Positions 27,101 through 39,636 of a stretch of 64,000 nt of DNA are shown here, piece after piece (position 1 is the first letter of the stretch; each line of letters starts with the position of its first letter). The DNA lies in the NCBI GenBank assembly GCA_951406725.2, contig OX597827.1:32302001-32366000 (forward strand), in the 5' to 3' direction. This DNA comes from Octopus vulgaris (taxonomy: Eukaryota). Under the pieces are notes generated by a model. It did no database searches and was not told where the DNA came from. It was given only the letters and a program-made list of their open reading frames with translations. The translations under genes were made by a program, and so were the position numbers.

Positions 27101-27263
27101 GCCAGGAGGTATATACATGATCCCCTTTTTTTAAACAAACTTCATGTACTTTCATGTATTTATATTAATATACATGTGTGTGTGTGTGTATCCATATATA
27201 TATAACAGAAAAGTCTAATTCTTCAATTGAATGTAACTGGGCAACGCCGGGTAACTCTGCTAG
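24112..27263 (+). mobile_element. Composite Helitron with RepHel remnants
   Basis: 5' TC after A; 3' CTGGGCAACGCCGGG hairpin plus CTAG before T; contains a captured LINE fragment, a SINE (25130-25260) and RepHel pieces. Confidence 0.75.
25370..27090 (+). pseudogene. Helitron RepHel (HUH Rep plus PIF1-like helicase), frameshifted and internally deleted
   Basis: EWQKRGLPHAHILLWL (HUH), KYVCKYVNKG (Y2), CNGTRL, QFPLRVSFAMSINKSQGQTL, FSHGQLYVGCSRV. Confidence 0.92.
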
Positions 27264-27288
27264 TTAAATAATAAGTTTCAATATTGCA

Positions 27289-27356
27289 GACGAGGTGTCC
27301 AGTACTAAGGAGTGGCAGAAATAGCCCGAAACCAGGACTGGCATGCCGGTCTCGTC
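27289..27356 (+). ncRNA. Degenerate type I hammerhead with extended stem I
   Basis: GACGAG gtgt CCAGTA-CTAAGGA-GtGGC agaaata GCCC-GAAA-CCAG ga CTGG-CA-TGCCGG t CTCGTC; all three stems pair; G5A and U16.1C changes. Confidence 0.5.
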
Positions 27357-27573
27357 ACTAGAAGATGGTACGGGTTCGCTCCCCTGCTCGCAATTTTATC
27401 AGATGCAGCTGTGCATCGTTAACCAGTTGGAGGAGATGTCCTCTTGGGGTTAAAAAATCTCAGTAGAGTCCGCTCGAACGGACAGCCATGTTAAAGTGGC
27501 TACGAATATTACATATCAGTATAACAACTGCGTTGATCTCTTAGATAGATTTTAGAATTAGCATTTTTGCTTT

Positions 27574-27610
<37 letters not shown>

Positions 27611-27698
27611 CACAGAAAGTGCGTATATGTACGTATGCATACGAATGTGTTGTGTCTGTGTATGTATGTACATATAAATATACATATTGCAAATACTG

Positions 27699-27808
27699 AT
27701 AGGGCACAGAAAGTGTGTCAATAGCCAGCTGGAGCAGGTATCCTCCTGGGGCTACAAGGTACAGTAGCATCCACCCTCAAGGGTTAACCACATTTAAGTG
27801 ACAAATAT
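27699..27808 (-). repeat. Single arm of foldback family F (copy 3)
   Basis: Minus strand ATGCTACTGT...TAGCCCCAGGAG...CTCCAGCTGGCTATTGACACAC...CTGTGCCCTAT. Confidence 0.65.
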
Positions 27809-27994
27809 ACTTCACGATATATATATAGATATGTGTGTGTGTGTGTGTGTGTTTATATATATGCATGTATGTATATATGTATGTGTGTGTCTGTATAGAT
27901 AAATATGCATATGCCCGGTCTATGGGGTTGCCCATATCTATCTTTATCTATATATTCTACTGTGTGTTTCTGTTTCGGATTTATGATTTACTGA

Positions 27995-28062
<68 letters not shown>

Positions 28063-28460
28063 CTAGCAGTATCGCCCGGCGTTGCTCGGGTTTGTAAGGG
28101 AAATAACTATATAAGCATTTTTAGAGAGTTATAGCCAAAAAATAGGAAAAAAATGCATTAAAAATTGAAAAAAAATTAAGGTAATTTTTTTTTAAATCGT
28201 TGACACATCGTAGATATTTTTTAGAGAGTTACTTCCCTTATATAATAACGAAAAATATGCATTAAAATGGAAAAATATGATGGTAAATTTTTTTTAAATC
28301 GTAGACTCATCGTAGACGCGCGCTAATACCCAGAAGGGCTCGATATGAATCACGACTATAAGATACCCGCTTTTGGTTAAACTGCACCGCAAAATGTGGG
28401 AGTAGTTACGAATCTAAATCGTAGGAGACAGACACACAACTTCACTCTTATATATAAAGA
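28063..28460 (-). mobile_element. Non-autonomous Helitron
   Basis: Minus strand starts TCTTTATATATA and ends CCCGAGCAACGCCGGG hairpin...CTAG; A|T insertion site. Confidence 0.85.
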
Positions 28461-28572
28461 TATAAGCCACGTAGTTATATACACATACTTTGTTATATAC
28501 ACATTCTTAAAAGAAAATGTTATTTTGAACACAACATTTACAAAGAATAAAATATTTTTTGGTTTTTCTTAA

Positions 28573-29382
28573 CCCTTTCGTTACTATATTTCTGACCAAA
28601 ATACACCCCTTATGTGTTTCAATTAATTTCTAACGTAATCATAAATTTAGTCTGGTTTCATTAAACAACTATAACTTTTTTATTTATGAATATATTAATC
28701 TGATTTTTGGAAGATAATTTAGTGAAATGTTCTCAACCAATTCTATACTATAATTTTTGTCACAAAGTGACTCTAATTGCAGGTAGATACAGGTAAATTC
28801 AACAATATATAAAATTATTAAAATTTTGTTCAAACATCGCTATAGAAAATGGGTTATTAGCTAATATTCAATTGGGTATACAACAAAATTTTACGATAGA
28901 ATTTGTTATTCTGGGTAACTTTCTAATACCCATAATAATATTTATGGCAAAATAGGCCTTAATTTCATTTAAGGTTGTGGGAAATAACAAACTATCGTTT
29001 CTTTCGCTTTGTTTAGGTTGAGATCAAATACCACATGCTTTTTTTTTCAGTCATAGAGTTAGATTTATGAAGGTCTTCAGTAGAAAATCCTTCGAATTCT
29101 GACTCGCTGCTTGATATAATGAAATTCGTATCCATTTTTTGTCAGAATTACAAATTTTGAAAACACAATAGGAACAAATTTCGGGAAAAAATCTCCCATA
29201 ATTCACGGAATTAAAATTACACTTCGATTTTTGTACAAAACTGTAGTTGAACTGTTTACGAAGTATAATACGTGTTTTCACGAATGTTCTAAAGAGATTT
29301 ACTCTGATATTCTCATTTAAATATGAATAGGTAAATTCGGGCGGCTTGGTCACATTAACCAAAATTTTTGGTAACGAAAGGG
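28573..29382. mobile_element. piggyBac-type non-autonomous element
   Basis: TTAA on both sides (28569-72, 29383-86); 12-bp TIR CCCTTTCGTTAC / GTAACGAAAGGG. Confidence 0.85.
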
Positions 29383-29785
29383 TTAAACGGATGCATACAT
29401 TTATTAATAACTATATATAAGTGTCGTCTGTTTATACATAAACACTGTTTCATACTGCAATTATATATACATATATCTATATATAATATTATATAATAAA
29501 ATATATACAGAGTAAAATAAAAACCAATTTACCTTTTCTGTATTGTTATTCGACCGTCCGTGTGTCTTTGCAAATGTGTTGGAATGATAAGTGAGTTGTG
29601 TTTTGGCGCCTTTTTTTACTAATAACAAACACGCACGTGTTTGTATGTAGTTGTTTGAAACGTTTGTTTGCCACTCTCATATATGTATGTGTATGCGTGT
29701 GTGTGAGGAATGACACACACACACTCACGCACGCACACATGTACATCAATGCTTTTATGAGCGTCATAGAGAGAAACAAATATTA

Positions 29786-29858
29786 CATCGCCATCGCCAT
29801 AGCCATCGCCATCGCCATAGCCATCGCCATAGCCATCGCCATAGCCATCGCTATCGCA
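29786..29858. repeat. Hexamer microsatellite (GCCATC/GCCATA)n
   Basis: Direct reading. Confidence 0.9.
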
Positions 29859-30163
29859 TTCTATTTTCTACCTGTCAACACACAGTGAATTAGTTTCAGT
29901 TTATTCATTGCACACTGTGTGTGTGCGTTTGCGTGTGCTGTAAACCAGACTAATAAAAGCATTTGACACACACACCAGAATGTGAGTTTTCTGTAAATTT
30001 TGCTTAATTGGAGTTTAAATTTTAAAAACTGGACCTGGCATGACGCGATGCATTGTACTCTCAAAAATGGTAGGTAAATTGTAATTGAAGAAATCCTATA
30101 TTGTAGATTTGTATAACTCCCAAAGGGAGGCAGATAAAATCTGCCTTTTATAATAAGAGATAC

Positions 30164-30312
<149 letters not shown>

Positions 30313-30508
30313 CACAAACACACACAAAGCTAAACAGCCTCTGTCATACATATGTAAAGCATCACGCATCAAAAGAGAAATACAAGGGATAATTAGGAAG
30401 AACTAAAAAAAATTGTGTAAAATATTGACAACTTCAAACACAGACATGCTGTGTGTTATTGTCCCTGTCTACATTAAGCCGGGCTTCGGTGTGTGTGTGT
30501 GTGAGTGT

Positions 30509-30600
<92 letters not shown>

Positions 30601-30869
30601 TTGTGTGCGTACATATGTCTTTCATTTTGAATCTTATTTGTTTCATTCGTTGGACTGCGCGCATGTTGGGGCAACACCTTGAAGAGTTTGTCATACGATT
30701 CGACCTAAATACTTATATTTTTTTCAAGCCTAGTACTCATTTTATCCTCCCTTTTGCCGAACCGCTAAGTAACAGAGATGTAAATATACCGACATCGGCT
30801 GTGAGGCGGTGGAGGGGGAATAAATTCGGACACAAATCTTACACACACGAGAGAGAGAGAGAGAGAGAG

Positions 30870-31400
30870 ATCGTGCATCAGCTCTCCACGTTCCCTCCAA
30901 CCATTACCCGCCACGTTTTCCCCTCACCTGCAATCCCTCGCACTTCCCCTCCAATGCACTATATTACGTGGTTTCCGTACTCTTCAATCTGACTCTACCA
31001 TCTCCCACATCTTCTCCAACCCACCTTTCTCTTTCTTCAAATGTACCCGTAATCCACGCGACTAACTGATCTGTAGTCCTTTTCTCATTCCCGTTGCACC
31101 TGCCCTTCCTCTCTAATGTCACTGTCTTTCATGCCACTGACTGCTTCGCATGCACCTCCAGTTAATTTCATTTACTGGATTTTTTGCTCTTTTTTGTCCC
31201 TCCACTCACATAGGACAAACTGGTCAACGTTTAGTTCACCCTTTTGCTGAACACTTATGGGACGTAAGACTCGAGAATGGCACTTCGCACGGATGGTCAT
31301 TCCCTTCAACATGTGTTTGGACTGGCCTTGCACAGCTGCTTCCCGGAATCCCGTCTCCGTTTTAGGAAGGAATAGCCCTTTTTTTCATCTAACTCCACTA
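30870..31400 (+). mobile_element. Highly decayed Neptune-type PLE GIY-YIG remnant
   Basis: FACTSS...IY...CxxC...HIGQTGQRL...FAEHLWDV. Confidence 0.6.
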
Positions 31401-31435
31401 TTTTCCACTTCACTTACTTAAATTTATTTATTAAT

Positions 31436-31775
31436 GCGCACGGGTATGGTTGAATGATTAAGATGCTCGCTTTGCAGCCATGATTTGGGGTTCAGTGCTA
31501 CTTCGGTTGCCCCGAGCCAGCCAAAGTTCTGTAGGTAAATTTGGAAACTGTTCGGAAGCAGGTCGCACGTGTGAGTGTGTGTGTTTGTGTCTATGTTTGT
31601 CCACCACAACCGCTTGATAACTGGTGTTGGTTTGTACACGTTCCCCTCGGCAAGAGCAACAAATAGAATAAGTAACAAACTTAGAAACAAATCCTTGGGG
31701 AAGTTGCAGTCGATTTATTATTAAACTATACCTTTCAAAGCGGTACCCTAGTTTGGCCGTAGGTGAGTGAATCAA
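31436..31775 (+). mobile_element. SINE family A, diverged, near full length
   Basis: Degenerate head, internal (TG)n and AAAGCGGTACCCTAGTTTGGCCG tail. Confidence 0.6.
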
Positions 31776-32526
31776 GTAAGTAAAAGATAAAAGGTTTTGT
31801 TTGTTTGTCTGTTTGTTTGTTTGTCTTTCGTCTTCCTTTCGACCGTCGCAAAGCTATGACCTTCATCATGAAGTGAAAACAGAAACATCTCAAAATCTGT
31901 TCCATAATGGAAGGTGATGAATTTCTTAAAGCTTTATTGGGAATCAATTGAACCTAAATATAGCTATAAAGATATTACATTATCTAATAAGTAAAACGGT
32001 ACAAAACATAGCCTTTCTCTTCAATTTATTTTTTATTTTATTTATCCATTTGTTGTTGTTTTTATCTTTGACACAAAACATCCTAACAATAATAAACCTT
32101 TAATGAGAGAAAAAAGATGTCTGCGCACAAACCTTCAGAAATAATCGATAGGAAGAGAGAAAACTGAATAGAAGGAACAAGACTGGAAATAAAGGAATAA
32201 AAATAGAAACGGAATACTTATTGATACAGTTACAGAATTTTAACAAGAAGCCCTGATTTCAATAGCGAGACTGTAGTTTGTTTGCTTTTTAATTTTAATT
32301 TTTTTAAATATTTAAATCAAGTATTTTTCGATTATATTCCATTTGTCTCATATTTTTGATCTGAGATGTATGTATGCCTGATATGTAAGCATGTATACAT
32401 ACATACATACATACATACATACATACATACATACATGTGTGTGAGCGTGTGTGTGTGCGAACGTGTATACATATATAATATATATATATATATATTAATT
32501 CACACATAACTGCGTAGATAGATCGA

Positions 32527-32569
<43 letters not shown>

Positions 32570-32580
32570 ATATGTATATA

Positions 32581-32677
<97 letters not shown>

Positions 32678-33006
32678 TTGTATGTGTATGTGTATGTGTG
32701 TGTGTGTCTATCTATCGATTTATCTACGCAGTTATGTGTGAATTAATATATATATATTTATATATATATTATATATGTATATGTAATCAGAATTTTGGAA
32801 AAAAATATTTTTATTTCTTCATTATTATTAGCGCTTTCGTTCGATTCTCGAACTTGTCAAATAAAATTTTGTGAATATACAAACAGCTTGTTCATTTATA
32901 TAAAACATGTTTTTGGGGTTTTTTGTCTAGAAGGTTCCATTGACAATGGAGATGAATAGATAGAAATATATGTAGGTAGATAGGTTGATAGATAGATAGA
33001 TAGGTT

Positions 33007-33092
<86 letters not shown>

Positions 33093-33312
33093 CAGAGAGA
33101 TAGGTAGAGAGGGAGAGAGAGAGAAGGGGATACCCTTCCTATTCACCATTCATTTATTTATTTATTTAGTCATTTACCATTGTATTGGAACGGGTTTAAG
33201 GATGGTGGCCTTTTCAAATAACAAAAAACAGGTGCGGCGTGGTCATCGTTGAATGTCTTTTTGCTTCCTCTTTCCTTCTTTTTTCCTCTTTCTTTCTTTT
33301 TCTCCTCTTCGT

Positions 33313-34480
33313 GTTATATTTAGAATACAAAATGTACTCTCTCCCCTTTTCTTTCAAACATTCAATTTTGGAGAGAATTTTTGATGAAAACACATATTTG
33401 CAAATTAAGCATTTTTAAAAAATAAATAAATAAAAACAATAAAATTATATAAAAGATACAGATATATATAAGTAAAGTTAAAACAGCCCAATGCTACACA
33501 TATTTATATCTGAACTTTTATAGAGGTGAGCCACTTCTGGAATAAAAAATGCAAATTCTCCGCTTTACCTTTAAACATTCAATTTTGGAGAGAATCCCTT
33601 GATGAAGTATGTGTGTCTGTGTGTGTGAGTGTGTGAGTATGTGAGTGTGCGTGCGTGTGTGTGTGTGTGTGTGTGTGTGTTTGAGAACATGTCCACGTTT
33701 ATACTGCATAACTTCGATCACGCTTCTTTCAGTTTCATGTTTTTGCATTAGAGAACATTAGTGTAACACTTACAATCTAGAGGAACACACAAAGCTCTGA
33801 ACATCTCAATGCCACTCATATACACCTGAATATTTACAGGGATGAGCATTATGTTTCCGACATTTGAGTTATATTTAGAATACATAATGTAGTCTCCGCT
33901 TTTCTCTCAAACATTCAATTTTGGAGAGAAGTTTTCAAAGAAATGTAATTTCATTGCTTTTTGGTATTGCGGATTGTCCTGTGCACATTTGTAAAAGGGA
34001 AAAATTATGAATTTTCCGTCGCTGCATATTTCCAGATACTTGCGTAATTCCTCTTATCGGATATGTTGCCTGTGGATTCTTTCACGTTGGCAGAGGGAAT
34101 TATTTGTTTCCCCAATGTTTAATTATTTGTTTGCAGTTTGGACAGGTAATGCTGTATATGAGGTTTTGCGTTTTGCAGTTCATATCTGCATTTATTTTGA
34201 AAAGTGATCCTCTCTTGAATTTTACGTGGGAACCACTTTCCAAGTATTTGAAGTTGTTGATGTTGTTTGCATGTTTCACATCTCCTATCTCTACATTCTT
34301 TTACTAAGAATTCTGATTCATTCTCTGATTTGAGTTCTGCCTTTGTGAGGTGTTTTTTTAAGATTTTTTGGTTGGCGTCTGCTATTCCGTAAAGTGTTTT
34401 TGAATCAGATTTTTCATTTTTGGGCTTTGTAGGAATATAGGTAAGTTCGATTTTATGGCTTGAAAGATGAATAACCAATA
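33313..34480 (-). mobile_element. Neptune-type PLE remnant with triplicated 3' end
   Basis: Minus strand CRDRRCETC, FKINADMNCKTQNLIYSITCPNC...IGETNNSLCQR..IH, IFPFYKC, FSPKLNV*; the PKLNV* segment recurs at 33313-33388 and 33539-33606. Confidence 0.8.
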
Positions 34481-34559
34481 TATGTATATATACACATATA
34501 CGAAAAAAAGAAATTAACTTGTATCAGCTAAACTTTCTTGAATCAATTCTCCGTGCGAT

Positions 34560-37500
34560 TGTAGAACCCCTGCTCCCCTCTCGCTTCTATCAACTTGCTC
34601 TCCTCACTTTCCTCGTCTAGAACACCTGCTCCCCTTTCTCCAATTAATTTACTCCCCTCGTTTTCCTCCCTCTCCTAGTGTACTCTCCTGCTCTACTCTC
34701 CACCAATCTTCTCTTCTACCCCCTCCCTCCTAGTGTACTCTTCTGCTCTACTCTCTTCTCATGTTCATTTCCCCTACTCCTCCCCTTCCCGTGATATCCC
34801 TATAGCAACCCCTATCTCCCTCTCTCTCTGCACTCGCCAATCAATCACACGTCATAAAGAAAGTAGTAACACAGTCGAGATGGCAACCTGGAAGGACACA
34901 GAAATAGACCTACTCCTCCGGGCTTGGGTTGTTGCCGAAAATGACGCATCCATTAATGTGATTACTGCAGCCCTGATAAACAATGGATTCAATAGGACCG
35001 AGGCGCAGATAGAACGAAAAAAACGAAAGAACTCAGCCGCTTCTATGAACTCGTCAGGCCACATCAGGACAAGTTGGACACCATTTTTAAATTTAAAAAT
35101 GCACATTCGCCTGAGAAAATTGTTTGCATGGAAAACACCAAAATTGATGCCCCAAGTGAGAGGCACAAATGAGGGTAATCGCAGTAATGTGGAAATTGAA
35201 GAGGGGCAAGAAAAGAATCTCAAAGCTCTCAAGAGAAGCGACTCCAATTCCCTCTCCCAACGTGGCAGCTCAGCAAGAGGAACTAGCCGCAAGACATGTG
35301 CTGCAGGATTCAAACCTAAGGCTAACCCATAAATTCTACACAAAAGGAATCGGCCGGCATGGAGAGAAGGGGACACACTGCTGCTTTTTATACCCAAAGC
35401 GTAGGCAAGATAGAATGCACAGCAGTTACCACTTTCTACCCGGTAGTCAGGATAAACACCCACGCCCAGAAATGTTCACATCCATGTGCACACCAACAAA
35501 AAAGACTGCCAAAAAGCTGTACGCAGATGCGGTGCGAACTGCAGCAGCCGAGCAGCAACATTTTTAAGTATTGCACAAACGATAACGAAGCGGTTATCAT
35601 GGCTACAAATGAAATTAAGCCCACACACAAGACCGCCACAGGTAATGGACCCAGGATAGCCACCACTGCCGCCGAGTCGTCTATCACACCGATTCAAGCC
35701 TCTTGCAAAACAACAGCAAGAGCAAAACAGCATACCTGGGAGAACTGTCAGCATGCAATCAAGCTATATGCATTGCACTCACAGAGTGCATGACATACAT
35801 GACGCAGAGGTACACGTACCAATGATACTGTGTTCCGCACAGACAGAAAAGAGAGAAGTCACGGTGGAGTTGCGTTGTACATCCGTGAAGATGTCGCAGC
35901 AGTGACACTACTGTTACATTCGAATGTGCTCTGTGACACACTCATAGCACATCTAGAGCAACTTGACGTGGTAATATGCACATCGTACCACCCACCTGAT
36001 GCCCCAAACTACGATGGCAAGTTTGAGGAATGTCTCACAAAGATAAAAGAAGTACTCACAAACCTAGACCAATGCTTTAATGTACTTCTGATGGGTGACT
36101 TCAACTTCCCCAACATTAGATGACTCGAAGGTATCATAACCTCAAGGCTGACGCGAAAAGAATGCAGTCATGCAGAATCTCTAGTAGATCTCACAAAAAT
36201 GATGTTCTTGGAGCAGACCATGCTTTCCCCAACCAGAAATAACAACATCATGGATCTTTGCTTCACAGACTATATGAACTTATTCACAACATAATCACCG
36301 TCTACCCACTCAGACCACAAGATGATAGAACAGTCAATATATGGTCCGAAGCTAATTAAAGAATCATACAACACTGCTGGATCCTAAGCGCTAGCCAACC
36401 TGGACTTCTACAAGACTCACTGGAAGTTCATCAACAAAAAGATATTCTAGCAAAACTGGCTTAAAAGTCGGTCCATGCAAGACGCTGACATGAAATGAAA
36501 TTCAATGAGTTCATGTCTATAGTGCGAGCCATATGCATTAAGTTTGTCCCAGAGAAGAAAGCCACCACACATATGAACATTATTCCCCGAGATAGAAGAA
36601 TCCTAATGAGACAGAGGATAAAGATCTCGAATCGCTTAAATAAGAAGCCTAATGACAGCAAAAGGCCCTACCTCAAAATGGCACTCTTAGAGACTGAGAA
36701 TAAAATTTGACTGTCCCAGGGTAAACAGAGAAGTCAGGGCAGTGGAAAATATAAAAAGAAACCCTAAAGCCTTCAGCAAGTTCGCAAAAGAATCAGCTAT
36801 TCTGTTAAAAACATGCAAGAAAGCCCTTGCAAAACTACTGCAAACGCGTTTCCAGAGTTCCCTTGAATGCGGTACATTTCCTCAAACGTTAAAAGAAGGA
36901 ATAATCTGTCCTGTCCACAAAGGAGGAATCAGAGAAGATGCTATAAACTACAGGCCTGTCTCACTGACTTCACATGTCAGCAAGATCATGGAATGCATTG
37001 TCAGAAAAGACTGACCACGTTCCTAGAGGACATATAGTTTCCGTCCTGGAAGGAGCTGCCTAGCACAGCTACTACAGCACTTCGACCGGGTACTAAAACA
37101 ACAGCTCAACCATTCAAATGTGGATGTGATATATCTCGACTTTGCCAAGGCCTTTGACAAAGTCGATCATGGGATGATATGTCATAAATTGCGTGACCTC
37201 GATATCCCTGGTAGACTGGGATGTTTTCCCGAAGGGCAGAATTCAGGTTGTCACTGCAAATGGTGCTCTCTCTGAAGTGACACCAATCCCCAGTGCTAGG
37301 ACCACTACTGTTTGTGGATGCTCTCTTGGACATACCCTCAGCCACAGAGTCAGCCACATTCACCAACTACGCCAAAGATACAAAAGTATCGCAGGCGGTC
37401 AAGGATCCTGCTGACATCCTAAGACTGCAGAATGACCTGAACGCAATATATAAATAAGCTGAGAATAATATACAGTTTAGTGGCGCAAAATTTCAAGCAC

Positions 37501-37969
37501 TCTGCTATCAACCCACAAACAAACTACAGCTGAAGTACACGGGACCAGCAGGCAATGTAATCCCAGAGTCAGAGTCGGTGTGGGACCTGGGAATCCACAC
37601 GAGCAACAACGCAACTTTCCATGTGCACATTGTTCAGATGGCAACACTATGCAGGCGGATGGCAGGTTGGATCCTTAGATTCTTCAGGACCAGGAACAGA
37701 GACACGAGACTTCTGCTTTGGAGAACCTTTGTACTCAGTAGTCTGGACTACTGCTCCCAATTGTGGTCTCCAAAGAGTGTAAAACAGAGTGTAAATCTAA
37801 TTGCAGAACTAGAAGCGATCCAACGCCACTACACAAAGAAAATAGACTCAGTAAAACACATGGGCTACTGGTTGAAGAAACTGGGACTCTACTCCCTGGA
37901 GAGAAGACGTGAGAGATATCTAGTGCTATACATATGGAAAATAATGGAGAGCCTAGCCCCAAATTTCAT
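34560..37969 (+). mobile_element. Decayed CR1/L2-group LINE with ORF1 remnant, APE and RT
   Basis: Pyrimidine-rich leader; ORF1-like 34880-35500; DRKERSHGGVALY, GDFNFP, NYRPVSLTS, YLDFAKAFDKV, LDYCSQLWSP, LERRRERY; many stops. Confidence 0.88.
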
Positions 37970-39598
37970 AAGTACTATAGTATTTGCAGCAAGTCAACGA
38001 TCAAGTTCCCTTACTCTGTAATACCTAACTTTGCTTCGATTATTGCATCAATCAATAGAAGCAAGCTTGCTGGGCAGGATAGCTGGAAAAGTTCCTTTGT
38101 GGATGACCAAGGACCTACGAATAATAATTCTGTAATGCCTAATGCCAATTGTACAAACAGTCTGCCTTTACCGGGTCTATCGAACCCAAGTAATAAGGGA
38201 AGATTTGATGGAATGAAAGATGGAAACCTGTCTAGAACTGATGATACAAAAAGTAAAGGTAACAATAGAAATAAAACAAGGAAAGGCCCGGGGATGAAAT
38301 ATAATTGTAGAAACCTCGAATTATGTCCCTTAGATGGTTCCTGTCCAGTTACTAACGTCATATATAAATGTGTAGTCAAGGACGAGGATGAGTTAAATAA
38401 ATTTTATATAGGTAGCACGGTAGATTTTAAGGCTAGATATAGATCGCATATGAGCTCATTTTCTAACGATAAATATTGTAATTCAACAACACTTGCTTCC
38501 CATATACATAATTTGAAGAAGAAGAAGAAGAAGAAGAAGAAGAAGAAGAAGAAGAAGAAGAAGAAGAAGAAGAAGAAGAAGAAGAAGAAGAAGAAGAAGA
38601 ATTATCTAGAATGGTCTATTATCTCAAAAACCCCAAATTTCAAAGGAAATATTAGCAAGTGTAAGCTGTGCATAAGGGAATCCCTTACCATCCTCGGGTG
38701 TTATGGACCACACACTCTGAATAAATTTACTGACGTGATTCCTTTTTGCATCCATAAATTTTCATCTACGTTCTTAAAAGTGTATAGGAATAAAATAAGT
38801 TGTAGCAAGTAAATAATTTAGCTCTTACAGGGAATTGAAACCATCGAGGTTGAATTTAATTTAATACACCCATTTATATCGTTTTTTTTAAAGTTTTTTT
38901 TAACTGTTTTAATTCTGTTTTTTTTTCGATTATTTGGGCTGGTCTAAGCATGACTTCTTAAATAAGAAACCACGCAGTATTGTGTTAGGTTTGGTTAAGG
39001 AGGTCTCACCCTGGTACGTGATGTCTGTTTCTTTATTTTTCCCCTGACGAAGGAGTCATTATCGTGATGCGCCCCCGTGCATTAAATACGGTGATGTACC
39101 CCTGAAATGGCCATAGGGAATGTAAATATGGTTTCTTCTTTTTTTGCTTGGACACTGGCTTTTAACTATAAGTTTCCCTTATCTTGAAAAGTAATTTTTA
39201 ATCGAAAAAATTTCTAAACGATGAACTTTTATCTTACCTTATATATTATTTATTTATATGCTTCCTACATATATGTATTTTTATATATTTTTATATATCT
39301 ATATACATATATATTTCTTTATATTTTTATGTATTTATTATTCTAGGTGTTGTAATGTTAAAAAAATATATAATATTTAGTCGCTAAAGTATTAATCATT
39401 AACTTTTAACCGCAATGAACTGTATTCACACATTTTTCTTATATTTTTCTTATATGCTTGTATTGATGAGTTGTGTTTCATCTTCCGTGATTTTATGCCT
39501 GTATATTCTATATGAAAGAAAAAGCATTATGTGATTCAATGTTCGAGATATGAAAGGTTACGTGGATGACCTTATATTTGTTTGTTCTGCAAATATAG

Positions 39599-39600
<2 letters not shown>
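37968..39600 (+). mobile_element. 5'-truncated Naiad-type PLE (GIY-YIG plus 3' region with HHR)
   Basis: NCRNLELCPLDGSC, VIY...YIG, FKARYRSH, CKLCIRE, LNK, CIH; ORF ends 38812; followed by (AT)n. Confidence 0.85.
39039..39120 (+). ncRNA. Type I hammerhead ribozyme, intact core, long stem II
   Basis: TTCCC-CTGACGA-AGG[CATTATCGT..GATGCGC cccc GTGCATT..ACGGTGATG]CCT-GAAA-TGGCCA-TA-GGGAA; palindromic stem III; AUA triplet, cut after 39115. Confidence 0.85.

Positions 39601-39632
<32 letters not shown>

Positions 39633-39636
<4 letters not shown>

Noticed and set aside
33313-33935. CRISPR-like repeat-spacer pattern
   Set aside because: Eukaryotic context, long irregular spacers, no cas genes, and the repeats are PLE ORF ends.
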